Part shown: positions 58,622 through 64,000 of the stretch, piece by piece
Position numbering within the stretch: position 1 is the stretch's first letter
How the letters are laid out: the number at the start of each line of letters is the position of its first letter
DNA from: Candidatus Latescibacterota bacterium
GTDB taxonomy: Bacteria > Latescibacterota > UBA2968 > GCA-2709665
Assembly: GCA_965219995.1 (NCBI GenBank)
Contig: CBDCOX010000002.1
Coordinates: 2,464,001-2,528,000, forward strand
Length of the DNA: 64,000 nucleotides
Direction: 5' to 3'
Notes under the pieces: generated by a model
Told to the model about the DNA's origin: nothing
Database searches by the model: none
What the model saw: only the letters and a program-made list of their open reading frames with translations
Made by a program: the position numbers and the translations under genes

Positions 58622-58978
58622 CTTTCCTTCTCCTCAAGGATTGCGTGTTGATGCGAAACCTGTGTCCCGTCCCGGAACGATGTCACCGCCTGTCCGCCCA
58701 TTCATCCCGTCCCGCTGCGGCGCCGCGCACTCCAAGATACAAAAACAGTACATTCCCGGCAACCCCATCCCGTGCTTGCGGCGCCATCATTAAGAAATAT
58801 AACAGGATGTATTATTTTCTTGCTTTTAAAATTAATCTTGCTTATTTTTAACGTTTGCTTTCCCAACACATTCCGCGAGGTGTTCCGCGCACGGAGACCA
58901 CCTCGGCCGTTTTCCGTTTCCGACCTGGGTTCAACGGGAAGAAACGGTTGATGCGAATTTCAACAAGGAGACGTTTGC

Positions 58979-59896
58979 GTGCTGATCCAGAGTCTGAAGA
59001 TCTTCTGCGACCTCATCGATACCCAGAGTTTTTCGAAGACGGCCGTTCTCAATGGCGTTACGCAATCCGCCGTCAGCCAGCAGATCAAAAGCATCGAGAA
59101 TCGCCAGGGCAAACCGTTGCTGGAACGGCATAAGCGCAAGATCGGTCTCACAAAAGAGGGGGAGGTGTTTTATAAGGGCGCCGGTGACATTGTCAGGCGC
59201 TACGATGAGATGTTACAACGCGTGGAAGCTCTGGACGGCGTGGTGTCGGGTACGGTTCGCCTGTCGGCCATTTACAGCGTAGGCATGCGCGAACTCGGGC
59301 CGTACCTCAAGACCTACCTCAAGGCCTACCCCAGGGTCAACTTCCGCCTGGCCTACAACCACACCCCGCGTATCTACGACGACGTTGCCAGCGGCGAGAT
59401 CGACTTCGGCGTGGTCGCCTTCCCCAGGCCCCACCGGAATATAAAGATCATCCCCTTCTCCGAAGACAACATGGTGGTGGCATGCCCGCCCTCGAACCCG
59501 CTTGCAGCGCGAGACCACGTGGACGTTAACCACATCGGCGATCATCCGCTGATCCTCTTCTCCCAGGAGACCCACACCCGGCATGCGCTCGACCAGTTCT
59601 TCCGCAAACACCGCATCCAACCCAACATTGTCATGGAATTCGATCATATCGATACGATAAAGGATGCCGTCGAAGTCGACCTCGGCATCTCGCTTCTGCC
59701 CGAACACTCGGTTGACCTGGAACACAGGGAAGGCAGTCTAAAGGCGCTCGCCATCAAGGGCGACGTGCTCACCAGGCCCCTGGGCATCCTGCACAAACGC
59801 GGCCGCAGCCTTTCGGTGGCCGCCCGAAAACTCCTCGACGTGCTCAAAAACGGGAAAGCCCCGGCCGGCGACTCGCAGGCGTCTGCTGCCGGATAA
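58979..59896 (+). CDS. LysR-family transcriptional regulator, divergent from fumC
   Basis: SFSKTA..VTQSAVSQQIKSIE; AT-rich intergenic region 58790-58850. Confidence 0.93.
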   Translation: MLIQSLKIFCDLIDTQSFSKTAVLNGVTQSAVSQQIKSIENRQGKPLLERHKRKIGLTKEGEVFYKGAGDIVRRYDEMLQRVEALDGVVSGTVRLSAIYSVGMRELGPYLKTYLKAYPRVNFRLAYNHTPRIYDDVASGEIDFGVVAFPRPHRNIKIIPFSEDNMVVACPPSNPLAARDHVDVNHIGDHPLILFSQETHTRHALDQFFRKHRIQPNIVMEFDHIDTIKDAVEVDLGISLLPEHSVDLEHREGSLKALAIKGDVLTRPLGILHKRGRSLSVAARKLLDVLKNGKAPAGDSQASAAG

Positions 59897-60012
59897 GCTC
59901 CGATCGGGTGGCCGCCGGTCCGGTTTGCGCCGTCGGGCCGATTCCGGCTTCCCCTTCCCGAAATCAACGAACATTCGCGTCAGATCTCAAGGGCGGACGT
60001 CGCTTCGAAACG

Positions 60013-60717
60013 TCACGTTGCACGGCCGTCGCCCGCGACGATCTCCTGAATCAGGAATCGAAGGAACCGGACGCCCGTCCGGAAAGAAGGCGCTTTCGAT
60101 TCTCCGCCTACCCGGTTTCCCTCCCACGTCGGAATCTCCTCGATCCGCATTTCTTGCTTCATCGCACGGATCGTCATTTCGTATTCGATCGTATACCCCA
60201 TCGATCCGGGATTGAGCCTCAGGAACGCTTCCCGCGTAACCCCTCGAAACCCGTTGATGGTGTCCGTCACGTACGATCCCCGATTCCAGAGTCGATTGGC
60301 GATCCATGTAAACACCTGGTTCGTCCACTTTCTCAGCGGCAGCGCGTCGCCGTCCTCCTCGTTCCGGGAGCCCGGCATGAAACGGGACGCAATCGCCATA
60401 TCGGCGCCGTTTTCGATCGCGGTGAAGAGCCTGGGGATGTCGTCCGGGTCTTCATTGCCGTCGGGACTGAAGAAAACCAGGCTCTCGCCGTTCGACGCCC
60501 GGACCGCTGCGCGAAACGCCTCGCCCCTCCCCCGGTGTTGCTGGTCGACCAGGCGGATCTGACGGGACGCCAGGAGTTCCCGGGTACCGTCCGTGGACCC
60601 GCCGTCCACGGCGAACACTTCGTCGGCCATCCGGGCAAGATCCGGACCGGCTGAGAACAGCCAGCGTACCCCGTCGACCTCATCGAGCGTAAGCAGAACA
60701 AGCGTTCGGCCGGCCAT
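60013..60717 (-). CDS. Glycosyltransferase family 2 (DPM1-like)
   Basis: VDGGSTDGT, GRGEA, SPDGNED, ASRF, DTINGFR. Confidence 0.9.
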   Translation of the reverse strand: MAGRTLVLLTLDEVDGVRWLFSAGPDLARMADEVFAVDGGSTDGTRELLASRQIRLVDQQHRGRGEAFRAAVRASNGESLVFFSPDGNEDPDDIPRLFTAIENGADMAIASRFMPGSRNEEDGDALPLRKWTNQVFTWIANRLWNRGSYVTDTINGFRGVTREAFLRLNPGSMGYTIEYEMTIRAMKQEMRIEEIPTWEGNRVGGESKAPSFRTGVRFLRFLIQEIVAGDGRAT

Positions 60718-60755
60718 AGGTTACCCTTAATCAGGAAATTCGCTGGTGTTCCGTG

Positions 60756-60864
60756 ACCTCTCCCCCCGGCCCCTCTCCCACGGGGAGAGGGGGAGCAAGA
60801 AAGGGAGTATATCAAGGGATGGCAGTTTCCCCCTTCCTTCAGGAAGGGGGTCAGGGGGTAGGTC
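60756..60864. repeat. REP-like double hairpin overlapping the DegT stop
   Basis: cccctctccc-acgg-ggagagggg and cccccttcct-tc-aggaaggggg; fragments also near 3761 and 10577. Confidence 0.72.
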
Positions 60865-62062
60865 CGCCCTTGTAGAAACGACCGAACAGTTCCACGATAC
60901 GATCCAGGTCGGCCGATGTGAGGTCCTGGTGGCAACCGATGTAGAATCCGCTCCTGTTGATCCATCCGGCAACGGGATAATCCGCCTCGCCAATGCCCAG
61001 CAGACGCTGGTAGAGCGGCTGATTGGTCAGCGGGAGCATCTCGCGCGTCTCAACCCCGTTCTGCTCCAGGAAATTCACGAATGCGTCCTTTTTCCGGTCC
61101 CTCAGGACAATCGGATACATCATGAATGAATGTTCGCAACCCGGTCGAATCCGGGGAAGCTGCAGAAACGCTTCGTGTTCGGCCAGACCCCGGGTCAGAC
61201 AGGCGGCATGCTTCCGCCGGCTGGCGATCATTTCGGTCGCGACCTCGAGTTGCGCAAGGCCAAGAGCGGCCTCCAACTCGGTCAATCGGAAACTGTACCC
61301 GAGACTGACGAAAGAAAACCGCCGGGCCACGATCTCGCGCAGTTCCTCCGGCGATTTCCTGTCGTCGTCATCTATATTCAGGTACGTCGAATCCCGCCCG
61401 TGGTTGATCAGCGATCTCAGCTTTTTCGCAACCCCGGGATCGTCGGTCGTATTCAATCCTCCCACGCCCGTTGTCAGCAGGTGCGCCGCATAGGTGGAAA
61501 AACAACCGATGTCGCCGAGACTTCCGACGCTGCGGCCCTTGTATCCCGCGAACATGGTCTCGGCCGAGTCTTCGATGACCCGAAGACCGTACCGCCGCGC
61601 AAGTTCGAGGACAGGATCCATGTCGCACGGCTGCCCGAAGACGTGGACGGGAATGATCGCCCTTGTGCGAGGCGTGACCGCGGCCTCGATCTTTTCCGGG
61701 TCCAGATCGTAGCAGTGTGGATCGACGTCCACCAGCACCGGGCGCATCCGTGCGTGGAAGACGATATTTGCCGTACCCGCGAACGTCACCGCGGGCAGGA
61801 CCACCTCGTCCCCGTCATCCCAGCCATGCAATTCCTTCAGCGCGGCCAGAGCCACCAGCAGGGCGCTCGTCCCGCTGTTGCTCATCACGCCGAACCGACA
61901 CCCGTGGGCGCGTGCGAATCCTTCCTCGAACGTCTGTGTCATCGGACCGTAAGACAGCCGGTTGCTGTCCAGGACCTCATTGACCAGGGCCCGGGCCCGT
62001 GGACTGATGTTCATCGTCCCGACGCCGATTACCCGCGGCCGGCTATCGCGACCTTCCGACAC
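60851..62062 (-). CDS. DegT-fold enzyme with His replacing the catalytic Lys (ColD/RfbH-like 3-dehydratase)
   Basis: IEDSAET; FSTYAAHLLTTGVGG. Confidence 0.85.
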   Translation of the reverse strand: MSEGRDSRPRVIGVGTMNISPRARALVNEVLDSNRLSYGPMTQTFEEGFARAHGCRFGVMSNSGTSALLVALAALKELHGWDDGDEVVLPAVTFAGTANIVFHARMRPVLVDVDPHCYDLDPEKIEAAVTPRTRAIIPVHVFGQPCDMDPVLELARRYGLRVIEDSAETMFAGYKGRSVGSLGDIGCFSTYAAHLLTTGVGGLNTTDDPGVAKKLRSLINHGRDSTYLNIDDDDRKSPEELREIVARRFSFVSLGYSFRLTELEAALGLAQLEVATEMIASRRKHAACLTRGLAEHEAFLQLPRIRPGCEHSFMMYPIVLRDRKKDAFVNFLEQNGVETREMLPLTNQPLYQRLLGIGEADYPVAGWINRSGFYIGCHQDLTSADLDRIVELFGRFYKGGPTP

Positions 62063-62113
62063 GTCGTACCCGCCTCCGTTGTTCTGCCCTGTTTCCTGTG
62101 GTCCTGCACGGAT

Positions 62114-63058
62114 TCACGCGCTGCGCGGCTGCTTCCCGACCCACGAAATCATGCGGCGAAGCCCTTCATCCAGAGAGGTGGCGGCGTCGAATCCGAAATG
62201 CCGTTTCGCCCGCGTCACGTCCACGCATCGCCGCGGCTGCCCGTTCGGCCTGGTCGTATCCCAGCGAACCCGCCCGGCGAATCCCGTAAGGCCGCGGATC
62301 TTACCGGCGAGGTCGCGGATTGAGATCTCCACTCCCGATCCCAGGTTGACCGGTTCGGGCAGATCGTATCGTTCAGACGCGAGCAATACGCCCTCCGCGG
62401 CGTCCTCGACGTACAGAAACTCACGCGTGGGCGAACCGTCTCCCCACAGGGTGACGTGGCCGAGTCCCAGATTCCGGGCATCCACGAACTTTCGCACGAT
62501 GGACGCAAGTCCGTGGGACGTCTCCGGATCCAGGCTCTCTCCCGGTCCGTAGAGGTTCGACAGAAGCAGATGTATCGCGTTGTATCCGTACTCCGCCCGG
62601 TACGCCTGGCTCTGAACCAGCATCATCTTCTTGGCCAGGCCATAGGCCGCGTTCGTCTCTTCCGGATACCCGTCCCACAGGTTCTCCTCCCTGAAGGGAA
62701 CGGGCGTGGACTTCGGATAGGCGCATACCGATCCGATACCCACGAACTTGGGTACCTCGAACCTGCGGGCGCCTTCGAGCAGATGCGCGCCCATGGCCAG
62801 ATTGTCGTAGAAAAAACGGCCTGGATACCGCTGATTGGCGCCAATGCCGCCAACGGAACCCGCCAGGTGAATCACCAGGTCGGGCCGCGTTGTCTCATAC
62901 AGGCGGCGTACGGCTTCCTGTTCCCGCAGGTCATAGTCCCGGCTGCGCGGCGCGAATACCTGACGACAGCCCCGATCGCGCAGTTTCCGTACGACGTGCC
63001 GCCCCAGAAAGCCGGCGCCGCCGGTCACCGCAACCCTTTTGTCGGTCCAGAAACCCAT
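62114..63058 (-). CDS. fcl: GDP-L-fucose synthase / ColC-like epimerase-reductase
   Basis: [49 protein letters not shown]. Confidence 0.9.
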   Translation of the reverse strand: MGFWTDKRVAVTGGAGFLGRHVVRKLRDRGCRQVFAPRSRDYDLREQEAVRRLYETTRPDLVIHLAGSVGGIGANQRYPGRFFYDNLAMGAHLLEGARRFEVPKFVGIGSVCAYPKSTPVPFREENLWDGYPEETNAAYGLAKKMMLVQSQAYRAEYGYNAIHLLLSNLYGPGESLDPETSHGLASIVRKFVDARNLGLGHVTLWGDGSPTREFLYVEDAAEGVLLASERYDLPEPVNLGSGVEISIRDLAGKIRGLTGFAGRVRWDTTRPNGQPRRCVDVTRAKRHFGFDAATSLDEGLRRMISWVGKQPRSA

Positions 63059-63227
63059 GCCGCGGTCCTCGCCGTCTTCCGATGGTTCCGTCGGGGAAAG
63101 GCCCTCTACCAAGTACCGGAACACCACGCACAGAATGGCCGAATAATTGGCGAGACTAAGGCCTTGGGAGCCATTGCGATGGTCCAATTATTCGAAAGCT
63201 GCACTCATCACCTCTTGCATCTGGCGA

Positions 63228-64000
63228 TTACAGCCTCTGCGGGGTCTCTACGTCAAATAGATCAGCTTGCTTTGCACGGTGCCGTGCGGCCCACTCGGGA
63301 AACAACTCGGCAACAGAATTCGCGGGGACATTTGCCAACTCCTTTGGCTCTAGCTTATGCAGTCCGCCTCCGTAGACGCGACCCTCCCCGAGCATCACCC
63401 CTGGAGAGATTTCGTTCAGGAACTCCCACACCTGTCGCTTCAGTATGGGCATTTCCTGGATGGCGCGATTTAAGGGTTCCTTCGGGTACAACATCAAATA
63501 CACGTTTGCTGCCGTTGCCTTGGAATTGTTCAATATGAAACGAAACGGCCTTCCGCTCTTCCTGTCGCTTCGGCCCAGATAGGTACAGACGTACGGAGCC
63601 GGCGGCCGGTATTCCTGCCTGTACCACAGCGCACGATGCCGACAGATATAGCGATCATTAACGCCCTCCGCCTTGCCTTCCTCCAGATACGTCCAAAGAC
63701 TCGGATAGCGTTTCTTGATTTCGCTTTCCATCCACGGTGGATCGAGCAGGAACAATCGCAGTTTGAGAAGCGGATTGCCCATTCGATCGCCCTCGACTTC
63801 GTCCTCGGGCACATATCTCGGGCTAGGAAGGATTGGCTTGAATGCATCCATAGGCAGTTGGCGCTGATGGATCTGCTCTGCTGACAGGATGAAATAGCTG
63901 TTGTTACCCGTAGCCAAACCCCGCTTTATCTTGAAAAAGTCACCCAGCACCGGTCCATCGTCTGCTTCATGGTTCTGACTCTTAGGATAACGTGTCCATT
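63228..64000 (-). CDS. XamI-like type II adenine DNA methyltransferase, C-terminal part (5' end outside the window)
   Basis: KWTRYP..LGDFFKIKRGLATG..RPFRFILN..ANVYLMLYP..EGRVYGGGLHKLEPKEL; frame open to the edge. Confidence 0.82.
   Translation of the reverse strand, partial: WTRYPKSQNHEADDGPVLGDFFKIKRGLATGNNSYFILSAEQIHQRQLPMDAFKPILPSPRYVPEDEVEGDRMGNPLLKLRLFLLDPPWMESEIKKRYPSLWTYLEEGKAEGVNDRYICRHRALWYRQEYRPPAPYVCTYLGRSDRKSGRPFRFILNNSKATAANVYLMLYPKEPLNRAIQEMPILKRQVWEFLNEISPGVMLGEGRVYGGGLHKLEPKELANVPANSVAELFPEWAARHRAKQADLFDVETPQRL

Overview
GC-rich bacterial chromosome segment. The gene repertoire (CRTAC1/ASPIC-UnbV, tandem homocysteine S-methyltransferases, PhyH dioxygenases, Gfo/Idh/MocA, many TA genes and REP-like repeats) suggests a marine or sponge-associated lineage such as Latescibacterota; this is inference only. 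Layout: (1) 1-10.7 kb, minus-strand catabolic and transport genes separated by structured intergenic arrays of a 100-bp unit built on GNNAGAC heptamers. (2) 10.8-13.6 kb, toxin-antitoxin debris, an Avd-like four-helix-bundle gene inside heptamer direct and inverted repeats, and a 55-aa small gene missed by the ORF track. (3) 13.7-24.3 kb, a defence island (hsdR-hsdS-prrC-hsdM plus type II Thoeris) bracketed by directly repeated IS21 left ends. (4) 24.3-35.2 kb, IS remnants, a DUF488 gene, a ~475-bp composite tandem repeat, an AAA+DUF4143 ATPase with 23-bp-period repeats on both sides, an AlbA_2 protein and a TA pair. (5) 35-64 kb, RND efflux, PhyH x2, M16 peptidase, DegT, frdABCD, fumC/LysR, a ColD-like/fcl/GT2 sugar cluster and the 3' end of a XamI-like methyltransferase. 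No rRNA, tRNA or CRISPR array was seen. The best candidates for undescribed biology are the heptamer-repeat/four-helix-bundle element family and the repeat-flanked DUF4143 ATPase. All family assignments come from motif recognition by eye, not database searches.
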